Source of the DNA: Actinomycetota bacterium
GTDB taxonomy: Bacteria; Actinomycetota; Thermoleophilia; Solirubrobacterales; 70-9
Length of the DNA: 64,000 bases
Assembly: GCA_016870325.1 (NCBI GenBank)
Contig: VGBV01000001.1
Coordinates: 3,349-67,348 of the forward strand
Direction: 5' to 3'
Shown here: positions 52,679 to 61,288 of the stretch, piece by piece
Layout of the letters: the number at the start of each line of letters is the position of its first letter
How positions within the stretch are numbered: position 1 is the stretch's first letter
Translations under genes and position numbers: made by a program
Notes under the pieces: generated by a model
What the model saw: only the letters and a program-made list of their open reading frames with translations
Database searches by the model: none
What the model was told of the DNA's origin: nothing

Positions 52679-52727
52679 CAGGACGCGTGAATCGAAACGA
52701 ATCGGTGTCGCTAGCCTTGCTCTTTCC

Positions 52728-52816
52728 GGAGGGGTGCCGGAGCGGTTGAACGGGGCGGTCTCGAAAACCGTTAGGGGCCTTCGGGTCCCTCGTGGGTTCG
52801 AATCCCACCCCCTCCG
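52728..52816 (+). tRNA. tRNA-Ser (anticodon CGA)
   Basis: GGAGGGGTGCCGGAGCGG.., anticodon loop CTCGAAA, long variable arm, GTGGG-TTCGAAT-CCCAC, CCCCTCCG. Confidence 0.92.
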
Positions 52817-52929
52817 CTTTCGGCTGCGAGTCGCTGCGCCGCATCGTGCTTCTGACGCTGCCACGCCGTGAAGGGAGCGCAGACGGTTCGTCGGCCCGAA
52901 AGCCGCGCGCCGGCCGCCGAAGCCGCCGT

Positions 52930-53316
52930 TCAGAGCTCGTCGATCAGAGCGGTGACCCTGCGCTCGATCTCGTCCCGCGTGGCCCGGACCTCCTCGATCG
53001 GCCTGCCCTTCGGGTCGTCGAGCCCCCAGTCCAGGTAGCGCCTGCCCGGGATGGAGGGGCACTCGTCGCCGCAGCCCATGGTTACGACGACGTCGGCCCA
53101 CTCGGCGTCGGCGCGCTCGAGCTTGCGTGGGACCCGGCCGGCGAGCTCGATGCCGAGCTCGCACATCGCCTCGACCACCTCGGGGTGGAGCCGCTCGCCC
53201 GGGGTCGTTCCGGCCGAGCGCGACTCGTGCCGTCCCCCGGCCGCGCGCTCGAACAGCGCCTCGCTCATCTGCGAGCGGCCCGCGTTGTGAAGGCAGACGA
53301 AGAGGACGTTCGCCAT
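52930..53316 (-). CDS. arsC: arsenate reductase (LMW-PTP type)
   Basis: VLFVCLHNAGRSQM (CX5R-S P-loop), VVTMGCGDECP. Confidence 0.88.
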   Translation of the reverse strand: MANVLFVCLHNAGRSQMSEALFERAAGGRHESRSAGTTPGERLHPEVVEAMCELGIELAGRVPRKLERADAEWADVVVTMGCGDECPSIPGRRYLDWGLDDPKGRPIEEVRATRDEIERRVTALIDEL

Positions 53317-53439
53317 CAGCGGGCCTCGACCGCCTCGCGCCGAGGCTGCCGCTCGCCCCTGACGAGCCGGCAGGCGAGTGCGCCGGCGGCGGCGCGGTGG
53401 CCGAGGGACACGTCGCGATCCATGCGTCGATGCTAAGGC

Positions 53440-53475
53440 TTGACGAACTTCGATTCAATCGATATACGTATATTG
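53440..53475. promoter_or_regulatory. AT-rich ars control region: -35-like TTGACG plus two palindromes
   Basis: TTGACG (53440-53445), TCGATTCAATCGA (53450-53462) and ATATACGTATAT (53462-53473) end 2 nt before the arsR ATG. A leaderless transcript is possible. Confidence 0.45.
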
Positions 53476-53829
53476 ATGAGCGTCGATCTGGAGTTGGCCC
53501 CGAAACGCAAGCGCCCCGCCGGCGAGCCCTGCTGCGAACCGGTCGCCCACCCCGATATCGAGCGCGAGCAGGCCGAGCGCATGGCCCGGACAGCCAAGGC
53601 GCTGGGCGACCCGATCAGGATGCAGCTCGTGGATGTGCTGCGCAGGCACGCCGGCAAGGTCTGCGTCTGCGAGCTCGTCCCCCTCTTCGACCTCTCCCAG
53701 CCGACCGTATCCCACCACCTCAAGGTGCTGCGCGAGGCGGGCATCGTCGGCTGCGAGCGCAAGGGTTTATGGGCCTACTACTACGTCAACCCCGAAGCAT
53801 TGGAGGAAGTCCGCCGATGGCTGAAGTGA
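53476..53829 (+). CDS. arsR: ArsR/SmtB-family metalloregulator
   Basis: LGDPIRMQLVDVL, metal site VCVCEL, HTH SQPTVSHHLKVLREAGIV. ATG 53476; TTG 53440 is less likely. Confidence 0.88.
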   Translation: MSVDLELAPKRKRPAGEPCCEPVAHPDIEREQAERMARTAKALGDPIRMQLVDVLRRHAGKVCVCELVPLFDLSQPTVSHHLKVLREAGIVGCERKGLWAYYYVNPEALEEVRRWLK

Positions 53830-53993
53830 CGACCTCGAGCTGCTGCGCGTTCGAAGCCCAGGAGGCCTGCTGCGAGCCCGAGGCGAAGGACGAGTGCCGC
53901 GGGGCCGGCGACGGCAGCTGCGGCTGCGGGGCGAGCGCACACCGCGGCGAGCCCGACGGATCCGCCGTGCGGGAGCGGGTCCGCGAGCGCTAG
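53817..53993 (+). CDS. 58-aa Cys-rich acidic protein
   Basis: MAEVTTSSCCAFEAQEACCEPEAKDECRGAGDGSCGCGAS.. has 7 Cys. The ATG overlaps the arsR 3' end by 13 nt. Function unknown. Confidence 0.45.
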   Translation: MAEVTTSSCCAFEAQEACCEPEAKDECRGAGDGSCGCGASAHRGEPDGSAVRERVRER

Positions 53994-54310
53994 CCCGCGT
54001 CGCGGATCGCGCGCTCGAGCTCGGCCTTGGTCATCTTCGAGCGGCCCTCGATCCCGAGCTCCTTCGCGCGCTCGTACAGCTCTGCCTTGCTGGGGGCGCC
54101 GGCGGCGCCGTTGGCCGAGCCCGCGGAAGGGGCGGGGCTCGCCGAGCTCGGCTTCGCGGCCGGGGCGGGTCCGCCCGGGCGTCGCGGTGCCTCGGTCGGA
54201 GGGAGATCGAGTGCGGGGGCGGGGCCCTGCCCATTGCCCGCCGAGCGCAAGAGGCGCCAGATGGCGTAGCCGGCGCCCGCCAGCGCCGCGGCCTTCAGCA
54301 GCTTCGACAC
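53990..54310 (-). CDS. membrane-anchored protein with a C-terminal Rho_N/SAP-like motif
   Basis: N-terminal TM segment (LLKAAALAGAGYAIWRLL), a Pro/Ala-rich linker, then SKAELYERAKELGIEGRSKMTKAELERAI. Confidence 0.7.
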   Translation of the reverse strand: MSKLLKAAALAGAGYAIWRLLRSAGNGQGPAPALDLPPTEAPRRPGGPAPAAKPSSASPAPSAGSANGAAGAPSKAELYERAKELGIEGRSKMTKAELERAIRDAG

Positions 54311-54351
54311 GCCTCCAGCCTACCCAGCCGCGGCCGGCTCGTGCTCGGGAG

Positions 54352-55917
54352 CTAGCGCGGCGCGGCGCCGTCGTTCAGGCGCGCGAACATCTTGCGCTGG
54401 GACTTGTAGAGGCCGGGGAACTCGGCGTAGAGGCGCTCGTAGGCGGCGTGGTTGGCGGGATCGGGCTTGAAGGTGCGCTCGACTCGGACCAGCTCGCGGA
54501 CCTGGTCGCGCTCGATCGCGCCCAGGATCAGTCCCGCGAAGAGGCCGGCGCCGCGGAGGTTGGTGTGAAGCGGCTCGGCGACCCGCTCGATCGTGCGGTC
54601 CATGACGTCGGCGTGGATCTGGCACCAGAGGTCGGCGACGGCGCCGCCGCCGAAGATGCGCAGATGGTCGAGACGGCCGCCCGCGAATCCCTCGACCGCG
54701 TCGTGCAGCCAGCGGCTGTTGTAGGCGACGCCCTCGAGCACGGCGCGAATCAGGTCGGCGTTGGTGGTCTCGACGGAGAGGTTGTGCCAGCCGCCGCGGG
54801 CTCCGCGGTCGTCCACGGGGGAGCGCTCGCCGGCGATCCAGGGCGTGAAGATGACGCCGCCGCTCCCCGCCGGCGCGTCCGCGGCGTCCGCGATCAGGTC
54901 CCCGAACGACCTCGGTTCGCGGGCGGCCAGCGCCTCGCGCGCCCAGAGCAGGGCGAGGCCCGCGGCCTCGTGGTTGTTGACGACCAGGTAGCTCCGAGAG
55001 TCGAGCCCCGGGACGGTCGCGATCGAGTGCTGGATGTCGGTCTTCTTTCGCGTGGTCACCAGCGAGATCCACGAGGTGGTCCCGATCGGCATGTGGGGCT
55101 CGCCCTCCCGGATCGAGCCGGCGCCGAGAGCCGCCGAGTGCAGGTCGGGGATCCCGGTCGTCACCTGAACCTCGGGGCCCAGGCCGAGCGCCGAGGCGAC
55201 CTCGGGGCGGAGCGGGCCGATCACCGACCCCGTCGCCTGCAGCGGCGCCAACTTCTCGGCCGGCAGACCGGTGCGGCGAAGCAGGCGGCGGTCGTAGGCG
55301 AGGCGGTCGAGGTGGCGGTTGTCGGTGAGCCACGCGCCGATCATCGAGGCGGGGGTGGCGCTCGCCCTGCCCGTCAGGCGCAGCGTCAGGTAGTCGACCG
55401 GCTCCAGGTACCAGCGGGCGCGGGCGGCGATCCCGGGCATCTCGCGCTCGATCAGCAGCATGTGGGCGAGCGGGTCCCCGCCCTGGTTGGAGGGGATGCC
55501 CGCGGTGAGCCTGATCCAGAGCGCCAGGGCGCGCGGCGAGTAGCCCATCAGCGGTCCCCCGACGACCTCGCGCGCGTGGGGGCCGCCGCGGGTGTCGAGC
55601 CACATCACGCAGGGCCCGACGGGCTCTCCGCCCTCGTCGGCGGGGACCGTGCTCGCCCACTGGCTGGTGCAGGAGACCGCGGCCACGCGGCTCGCGTCGA
55701 CGCTCGCGAGCGCCGAGCGCGACAGCTCCAGCACCAGCTCCCACCAAGCGGACGCGTCCTGGACGGCGCCGCCGCCCTCGAGGCGCTCGGTCTGCAGCGG
55801 CCGCTCCTCGAACGAGTGCACCTCGCCCGCCATCGAGACGACGCCCAGCTTCAGGGCGCTGCTGCCCAGATCGACGGCGAGGACCAGCTCGTCCGGCGAG
55901 CGCCCCCGGCCCGTCAA
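54352..55917 (-). CDS. FGGY-family carbohydrate kinase
   Basis: LAVDLGSSALKLG, TTSWIS and GGGA near the C-terminus. TTG 55917 overlaps the upstream TGA (TTGA). Confidence 0.85.
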   Translation of the reverse strand: MTGRGRSPDELVLAVDLGSSALKLGVVSMAGEVHSFEERPLQTERLEGGGAVQDASAWWELVLELSRSALASVDASRVAAVSCTSQWASTVPADEGGEPVGPCVMWLDTRGGPHAREVVGGPLMGYSPRALALWIRLTAGIPSNQGGDPLAHMLLIEREMPGIAARARWYLEPVDYLTLRLTGRASATPASMIGAWLTDNRHLDRLAYDRRLLRRTGLPAEKLAPLQATGSVIGPLRPEVASALGLGPEVQVTTGIPDLHSAALGAGSIREGEPHMPIGTTSWISLVTTRKKTDIQHSIATVPGLDSRSYLVVNNHEAAGLALLWAREALAAREPRSFGDLIADAADAPAGSGGVIFTPWIAGERSPVDDRGARGGWHNLSVETTNADLIRAVLEGVAYNSRWLHDAVEGFAGGRLDHLRIFGGGAVADLWCQIHADVMDRTIERVAEPLHTNLRGAGLFAGLILGAIERDQVRELVRVERTFKPDPANHAAYERLYAEFPGLYKSQRKMFARLNDGAAPR

Positions 55918-57314
55918 CTCTCGGGAACTGCCTGTTGCGCGTCGAGCAGCCGCTCCATCACCGAGCGGATCATGCCTTCCGCGTCGGGGTTGAGCCCACC
56001 GGGGACGCCCCCGTAGAGCGCCGCCGACTCGGCCGGCTCGTCACCGCGCTCGCGCGCATAGGCGACGGCGTCGGCGAGGTCGGCCGCGAAGGCGTCGGTG
56101 ACGCCGGGCTGGAGCTGGGGGCGGGTGACCGCGAAGTGCAGGGCGTTCGGGTACTGGAGCCCGTTGAAGCGCCAGCCCCGCCGCTTCATCTCGTCGTTGA
56201 CGTGGTAGATGTCGAACTCGTCGGAGGTGAAGGCGAAGAGGAAGGTCGGCTCGCCCAGGATGCGCAGCTCGGGGTGGGAGCGGACCGCGTCCCGCATCGC
56301 CGCCGAGGCCTCGAAGATCCCCCTCGCGTAGCCGCGGTATCCCGCGCGGCCGATCGTCACCAGCGAGGCCCAGGTCGCCGCCAGCAGCCCGTCAGAGCGC
56401 GAGCCCTCGATCCCCGGCGAGAAGTACTTGCCGCCGCTCCAGTCGGGCTGGAAGAAGTAGGCGTGGTTGCGAAGCTCGCGATCGCGGAAGAGCACCGTCG
56501 AGCTGCCCTTGAGCCCGTAGCCGTACTTGTGGGTGTCGGCGGAGATGCTGGTGACGCCGGGCAGGCGGAAGTCGAACGGGGGCACGTTGTAGCCCAGCTC
56601 CTCGCCGAAGGGCAGGATGAAGCCCCCCAGGCAGCCGTCCACGTGCATGCCGGCGCCGCGCTCTAGCGCCAGCTCCGCCAGCTCGGAGATCGGGTCGATC
56701 GTGCCGTAGCCGTAGTTGCCGGCCGAGCCCACGATCGCGACCGTGCTCTCGTCGATCAGCTCGGCCACGTCGGCCGGACGGACCAGCGTCGTCTCGGGAT
56801 CGACCTCGACCCGCCGCAGCTCGATCCCGTAGAGGTGGCAGGCCTTGTCGAAGGCGGGATGGGCGGTCTCGGGCTTGACGATGTTGGGACGGTCGATGCC
56901 GCGGCACTCGCGCCCGTGCTCGCGGTAGACCAGCATCGCCTGGCCGATCGAGCCGGTCCCGCCCGAGGTGACCATCCCCGCCGGGGTCGCGTCGGTGACC
57001 TCGCCGGCGTTGAAGAGGTCGAGCACCATGGCGATGATCTCGCCCTCGAAGCGGGTGGCGCTGGGGCACATGTCGCGCTGCAAGGCGTTCTGGTGGGCGA
57101 ACAGCCCGAACGCCTCCTTGAGGAAGGCGTAGTGGTCGCGGTCGCCGCAGTACATCGTCCCCGAGCAGCGCCCGTCCTCCCAGACCCCGTCCTCCTCGCT
57201 CGCCATCTGGCGCAGCTCGCCGAGCAGCTCCTCGCCCGAGCGGCCCCGCTCGGGCAGCTCCCGCGCGACCCCGAACCGCTCCGAGTAGGGATGGGAGTCG
57301 AACAGGTCGGCCAT
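55914..57314 (-). CDS. PLP-dependent group II decarboxylase/lyase, sphingosine-1-phosphate-lyase-like
   Basis: GMVTSGGTGSI, HVDGCLGGFILPF, SISADTHKYGYGLKGSSTVLFRD (PLP Lys). Confidence 0.8.
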   Translation of the reverse strand: MADLFDSHPYSERFGVARELPERGRSGEELLGELRQMASEEDGVWEDGRCSGTMYCGDRDHYAFLKEAFGLFAHQNALQRDMCPSATRFEGEIIAMVLDLFNAGEVTDATPAGMVTSGGTGSIGQAMLVYREHGRECRGIDRPNIVKPETAHPAFDKACHLYGIELRRVEVDPETTLVRPADVAELIDESTVAIVGSAGNYGYGTIDPISELAELALERGAGMHVDGCLGGFILPFGEELGYNVPPFDFRLPGVTSISADTHKYGYGLKGSSTVLFRDRELRNHAYFFQPDWSGGKYFSPGIEGSRSDGLLAATWASLVTIGRAGYRGYARGIFEASAAMRDAVRSHPELRILGEPTFLFAFTSDEFDIYHVNDEMKRRGWRFNGLQYPNALHFAVTRPQLQPGVTDAFAADLADAVAYARERGDEPAESAALYGGVPGGLNPDAEGMIRSVMERLLDAQQAVPES

Positions 57315-57472
57315 CCCCGCTCACGCTACGACATCGCCCCGCCACGCGAGCGACGAGATACCCGCCCCCTGCGCGGGGAACTCGTCGTTCGGCGGGGGAG
57401 TGGAGGGATACGATGGTCGCGACGAGCTGCAGAAGAGGCGAGAGGAGCACGGATGAAGCCCGAGGAGGATGG

Positions 57473-57697
57473 ATGAAGCCCGAGGAGTGGGTCGAGGCGT
57501 TCGCGCGGGCCCTGGGCGAGGAGCGGCCGAGCGAGGCGGAGTTCAACGCGATCCTCGAGCTGGCCGCGGTCGCGGCGCACTCCTCCGAGCGCACCGCGGC
57601 GCCGGTCGCCGCCTGGCTCGCCGGCAAGTCGGGCAAGCCGCTGGGAGAGGTCCAGGGGCTCGCTGAGGCCGTAGCCCCAGAGGGAGGGAGCAGCTGA
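57473..57697 (+). CDS. small protein of the type found next to mobA/molybdoenzymes (DUF6457-like)
   Basis: MKPEEWVEAFARALG..ILELAAVAAHSSERTAAPVAAWLAG. The stop overlaps the oxidoreductase ATG (ATGA-type overlap). Confidence 0.6.
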   Translation: MKPEEWVEAFARALGEERPSEAEFNAILELAAVAAHSSERTAAPVAAWLAGKSGKPLGEVQGLAEAVAPEGGSS

Positions 57698-59898
57698 TGG
57701 CCGCGGAGGAGAGGGTCACCTACTGCCGCATCTGCGAGCCGCTCTGCGGGATCGTCGCCACGGTCGAGGACGGCCGCGTCACCAAGCTGCGCCCCGACCC
57801 CGACAACCCGCTCTCGGCGGGCTTCGCCTGCCCGAAGGGGATCGCGATGGCCGACGTGCAGAACGACCCCGACCGGGTGATGCACCCGCTGCGCCGCCGC
57901 GATGACGGCTCCTTCGAGCGTGTCAGCTGGGACGACGCGCTGGACGAGATCGGGATCCGCCTGAAGCGGATAATCGACCAGCGCGGCGGCAAGGCGGTCG
58001 GCTGGTACATGGGCAACCCCGGAGCCTTCTCCTACTCGCACCCGCTCTGGGTGCTCGGCTTCCTCTCGGCGATCCGCTCGCGCCACTACTACACGGCTAG
58101 CGCCCAGGACGTCAGCAACCGCTTCGCCACCAGCGCGCTGATGTACGGCTCGCCCTTCCTGCTCCCGATCCCCGACCTGAAGCGGACCGAGCTGCTGCTG
58201 ATGGTCGGCGCCAACCCGCTCGTCTCGCACGGCAGCCTGATGACCGCGCCCCGGATCAAGGACCAGCTGCACGCGATCACCGCCCGCGGCGGGCGCGTCG
58301 TGGTCGTCGACCCGCGCCGGTCCGAGACCGCGCGCGAGTTCGAGCACATCCCGATCACTCCCGACACGGACGCCTGGCTGCTGCTGTCGCTGCTGAACGT
58401 GGTCTTCGCCGAGGGGCTCGAGGACGCCGGGGCGATCGCGCGCCAGTCGCGCGGCGTCGAGGCGCTGCGGGAGATGAGCGCCGAGGCGACGCCCGAGGCG
58501 ACCGAGGGTCGCACCGGCGTGCCGGCCGCCGATGCCCGCAAGCTCGCGCGTGACCTGGCCGCCGCCGAGGGCGCGGCGATCTACGGCCGCACCGGATCAT
58601 GCCTGGGCCGCAACGGCACCCTGGTCTCCTTCCTGCTCGACGCTCTCAGCCTCGTCACCGGCAACCTCGACACCGAGGGCGGCTCGATGTTCGGCAGCGG
58701 GCCGATCGACTTCGCCCGCGTCGCCGACCAGATCGGCGCCGGCACCTACGACGCCACCCGCACCCGCATCGGCGACCTGCCCGAGGTCCTTGGGCAGCTT
58801 CCCGCCTCGGTGATGGCGAAGGAGATGGACACCCCCGGCGAGCGCCAGATCCGGGCGATGTTCGTCTCGGCCGGCAATCCGGTGCTCTCGGTCCCGAACG
58901 GCGAGGAGCTATCGGCGGCGCTCGAGGGCCTCGACCTCTGCGTCGCGATCGACCTCTACGTCAGCGACACCGCGCGGCACGCCGACTTCGTGCTGCCGGC
59001 GACGACGTTCCTCGAGCGCGAGGACTTCCCGCTGCCCTTCCTGAACCTGCACACGACCCCTTACGTCCAGATGACCGAGGCCGTGGTCGCGCCGCGCGGA
59101 GAGGCCAGGCAGGAGTGGGAGATCATCGAGGCGATCTCGAAGCGGATCGGGGTCGTGCCCAGCCCCTCGGGTGCCGTGCGCGCCCTCCGCAAGTTCGGGA
59201 TCAAGCTGACCCCGCGGCGGCTGCTGGACCTGCTGTTGCGCACCGGGCCCGACGGCGACCGCTTCGGGCTGCGGCGGTCCGGCTGGAGCCTCGGCAAGCT
59301 GGCGCGCTCCCCGCACGGCGTGGTGCTCGACGAGTACCTGAGGGCGGGCGTGCTCGCGAAGGCGGTTCGCTTCGAGGACGGGCGGGTGCGGCTCGACCCG
59401 CCGCAGGTCCTGGAGGAGGCGGTGCGGATGAAGTCGCGGAACGGCGACGACCCGGAGTTCCCGCTGCGGCTGATCGGGCTGCGCGAGCTGCGCTCGCACA
59501 ACTCCTGGATGCACAATGCGGCGCTGCTGATGCGGGGCGGGCGCGAGCACTGCGCCCGGGTGCACCCCGAGGACGCTGCGGCGCACGGGATAGCCGAGGG
59601 TGAGCCCTGCCGGATCAGCTCCCCGCACGGCCAGATCGAGATCGTCGCGCGGCTCACCGACGAGGTCTCGCGCGGCACGATCGCCGTCCCCCACGGCTGG
59701 GGGCACCGAGGCGGCGGCTGGGAACGCGCCAACGAGGCGGGCGGCGTCAACGTCAACCAGCTCGCCTCCTCGGACCCCGCCGACCTCGAGCGGCTCGCGG
59801 GCATGGCCTTCCTGAACGGGATCCCGGTCAGGCTCGAAGCGGTGCGGGTGGACGGGAACGGCGCCGCGGCCCGGGCCGCCGAGCCCGCCGCCGTCTGA
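57697..59898 (+). CDS. molybdopterin-dependent oxidoreductase (MopB superfamily)
   Basis: N-terminal 4Fe-4S motif CRICEPLCGI..CPKG. Long MGD-binding core and a C-terminal beta-barrel (ISSPHGQIEIVARLTDEV). Confidence 0.88.
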   Translation: MAAEERVTYCRICEPLCGIVATVEDGRVTKLRPDPDNPLSAGFACPKGIAMADVQNDPDRVMHPLRRRDDGSFERVSWDDALDEIGIRLKRIIDQRGGKAVGWYMGNPGAFSYSHPLWVLGFLSAIRSRHYYTASAQDVSNRFATSALMYGSPFLLPIPDLKRTELLLMVGANPLVSHGSLMTAPRIKDQLHAITARGGRVVVVDPRRSETAREFEHIPITPDTDAWLLLSLLNVVFAEGLEDAGAIARQSRGVEALREMSAEATPEATEGRTGVPAADARKLARDLAAAEGAAIYGRTGSCLGRNGTLVSFLLDALSLVTGNLDTEGGSMFGSGPIDFARVADQIGAGTYDATRTRIGDLPEVLGQLPASVMAKEMDTPGERQIRAMFVSAGNPVLSVPNGEELSAALEGLDLCVAIDLYVSDTARHADFVLPATTFLEREDFPLPFLNLHTTPYVQMTEAVVAPRGEARQEWEIIEAISKRIGVVPSPSGAVRALRKFGIKLTPRRLLDLLLRTGPDGDRFGLRRSGWSLGKLARSPHGVVLDEYLRAGVLAKAVRFEDGRVRLDPPQVLEEAVRMKSRNGDDPEFPLRLIGLRELRSHNSWMHNAALLMRGGREHCARVHPEDAAAHGIAEGEPCRISSPHGQIEIVARLTDEVSRGTIAVPHGWGHRGGGWERANEAGGVNVNQLASSDPADLERLAGMAFLNGIPVRLEAVRVDGNGAAARAAEPAAV

Positions 59899-59912
59899 CC
59901 GCACCCGTCCGG

Positions 59913-60491
59913 TCAGCCCGGGCCCTCGGCGAGCAGGCGCTCGGCGGCCTGCAGGTCCTCGGGGGTGTTGACGTTGAACAGCAGCCGCCCGGGGTCGCCG
60001 AAGGGCTCGAGCTCGGACGCGGGGATCTCGTACGGCCCGAGGCCGGCGACCGTCTCCCGCAGCGGGCGCCGGGCCGCCAGGGCGGCCTCCAGCTCTCCCA
60101 GCAGCTCGGGCGGGTAGCGCCCCAGCAGCGGATGCAGGCGCCCCTCGAGCGCGGGCACCGCCAGCGGCTCGGGCAGTTCCGCGAGCCACGCGAGCAGGTC
60201 GTGGGTGACGAAGGGCATGTCGCAGGCGACCGCGAGCACCGGCAGCCCGCCCGAGTCCCGCAGCGCCTCGACGATGCCGGCCATCGGGTGCGAGGGCTCG
60301 GCCGGCTCCTCGAGCACCGGGACCGCGAGCGGCGGCAGCGCCGTGCCGGGCTTGGCGACGACGACCGCGTCGGGGCCGGCCGCGTCCAGCACATGCTCGA
60401 TCAGGGGCCGTCCGCCGAGCTCGGCCGTCGCCTTGGCGCCCCCCAGGCGGGTCGCCCGCCCGCCCGCGAGCACCGCGATCAGAGCCTGCAC
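59913..60491 (-). CDS. mobA: molybdenum cofactor guanylyltransferase
   Basis: LIAVLAGGRATRLGGAKATAELGGRPLIEHV. GTG 60491 is preferred; GTG 60545 is the maximal start. Confidence 0.82.
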   Translation of the reverse strand: MQALIAVLAGGRATRLGGAKATAELGGRPLIEHVLDAAGPDAVVVAKPGTALPPLAVPVLEEPAEPSHPMAGIVEALRDSGGLPVLAVACDMPFVTHDLLAWLAELPEPLAVPALEGRLHPLLGRYPPELLGELEAALAARRPLRETVAGLGPYEIPASELEPFGDPGRLLFNVNTPEDLQAAERLLAEGPG

Positions 60492-60568
60492 GGCCCGCTC
60501 CCCCTCCTCGCCGCTCCGCTGGGCGCCATCGGCCCAGTCTCCCACCGCGGGCGCCTAGCATCCTCGGC

Positions 60569-61288
60569 ATGGAGATCTCGGTGCGACTGTTCGCGGTGCT
60601 GCGCGAGCGCGCCGGCAGCGACTCGGTGCGATTGGAGCTGCCCGATGGCGCCACCGTCGCCGAGGCGATGGACGAGCTGCGCGCGCGGCCGGGGCTGGAC
60701 GAGCCGCTCGGGAGCATGAGCGTGGCGATGGCGGTCAACCGCGAGTACGCCTCGCCCGAGACCGAGCTCGCCGCCGGCGACGAGCTGGCGCTGGTGCCGC
60801 CGGTCAGCGGCGGCGCGAAGGATCCCCCGGCTGCCGCCGAGGTCCACGCACGGGTCAGCGAGGAGCCGCTCTCGCTCGAGGCGGTGACGGCGCTCGTCGG
60901 GCGGCCCGGAGCCGGGGCGATCGTCAGCTTCCAGGGCACCACGCGCGAGGTCGAGCGGCTCGACTACGAGGCCTACGGCGAGATGGCGACCGAGCGGATT
61001 GCGGCGATCCTGCGCGAGTGCGTGTCGGGCCACGGGCTCGAAGCCGCCGCCGCCGAGCACCGGGTGGGGGCGGTGCCGCTGGGCGAGCCGAGCGTGATCG
61101 TCGCCGTCTCGGCGGCGCACCGCGGCGAGGCCTTCGCCGGAGCCCGCGAGGCGATCGACCGGATCAAGGCCGAGGCGCCGATCTGGAAGCGCGAGACCGA
61201 CGGCGAGCGCTCGGAGTGGGTCGAGGGGACGCCGGTCGAGGGTACCCTGGCCGAAGGATCCTCGGCTGGTGGAGCAAGGGCCGAATGA
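60569..61288 (+). CDS. fused molybdopterin synthase MoaD-MoaE
   Basis: The MoaD part ends with LALVPPVSGG. After a short linker comes MoaE: GAIVSFQGTTRE, AEHRVGAVPLGEPSVIVAVSAAHR, APIWKRE. Confidence 0.88.
   Translation: MEISVRLFAVLRERAGSDSVRLELPDGATVAEAMDELRARPGLDEPLGSMSVAMAVNREYASPETELAAGDELALVPPVSGGAKDPPAAAEVHARVSEEPLSLEAVTALVGRPGAGAIVSFQGTTREVERLDYEAYGEMATERIAAILRECVSGHGLEAAAAEHRVGAVPLGEPSVIVAVSAAHRGEAFAGAREAIDRIKAEAPIWKRETDGERSEWVEGTPVEGTLAEGSSAGGARAE

Noticed and set aside
53317-53423. A 35-codon ORF (MDRDVSLGHRAAAG..) whose TGA overlaps the arsC ATG.
   Set aside because: It is Arg/Ala-rich, has no motif, and has no RBS evident. It is most likely fortuitous in the arsC leader.
53127-53993. 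Track ORF 53127..53993 as a 284-aa protein.
   Set aside because: It runs antisense through arsC and in an alternate frame through arsR with Arg-rich composition. Only the last 58 codons (from ATG 53817) form a plausible independent ORF.
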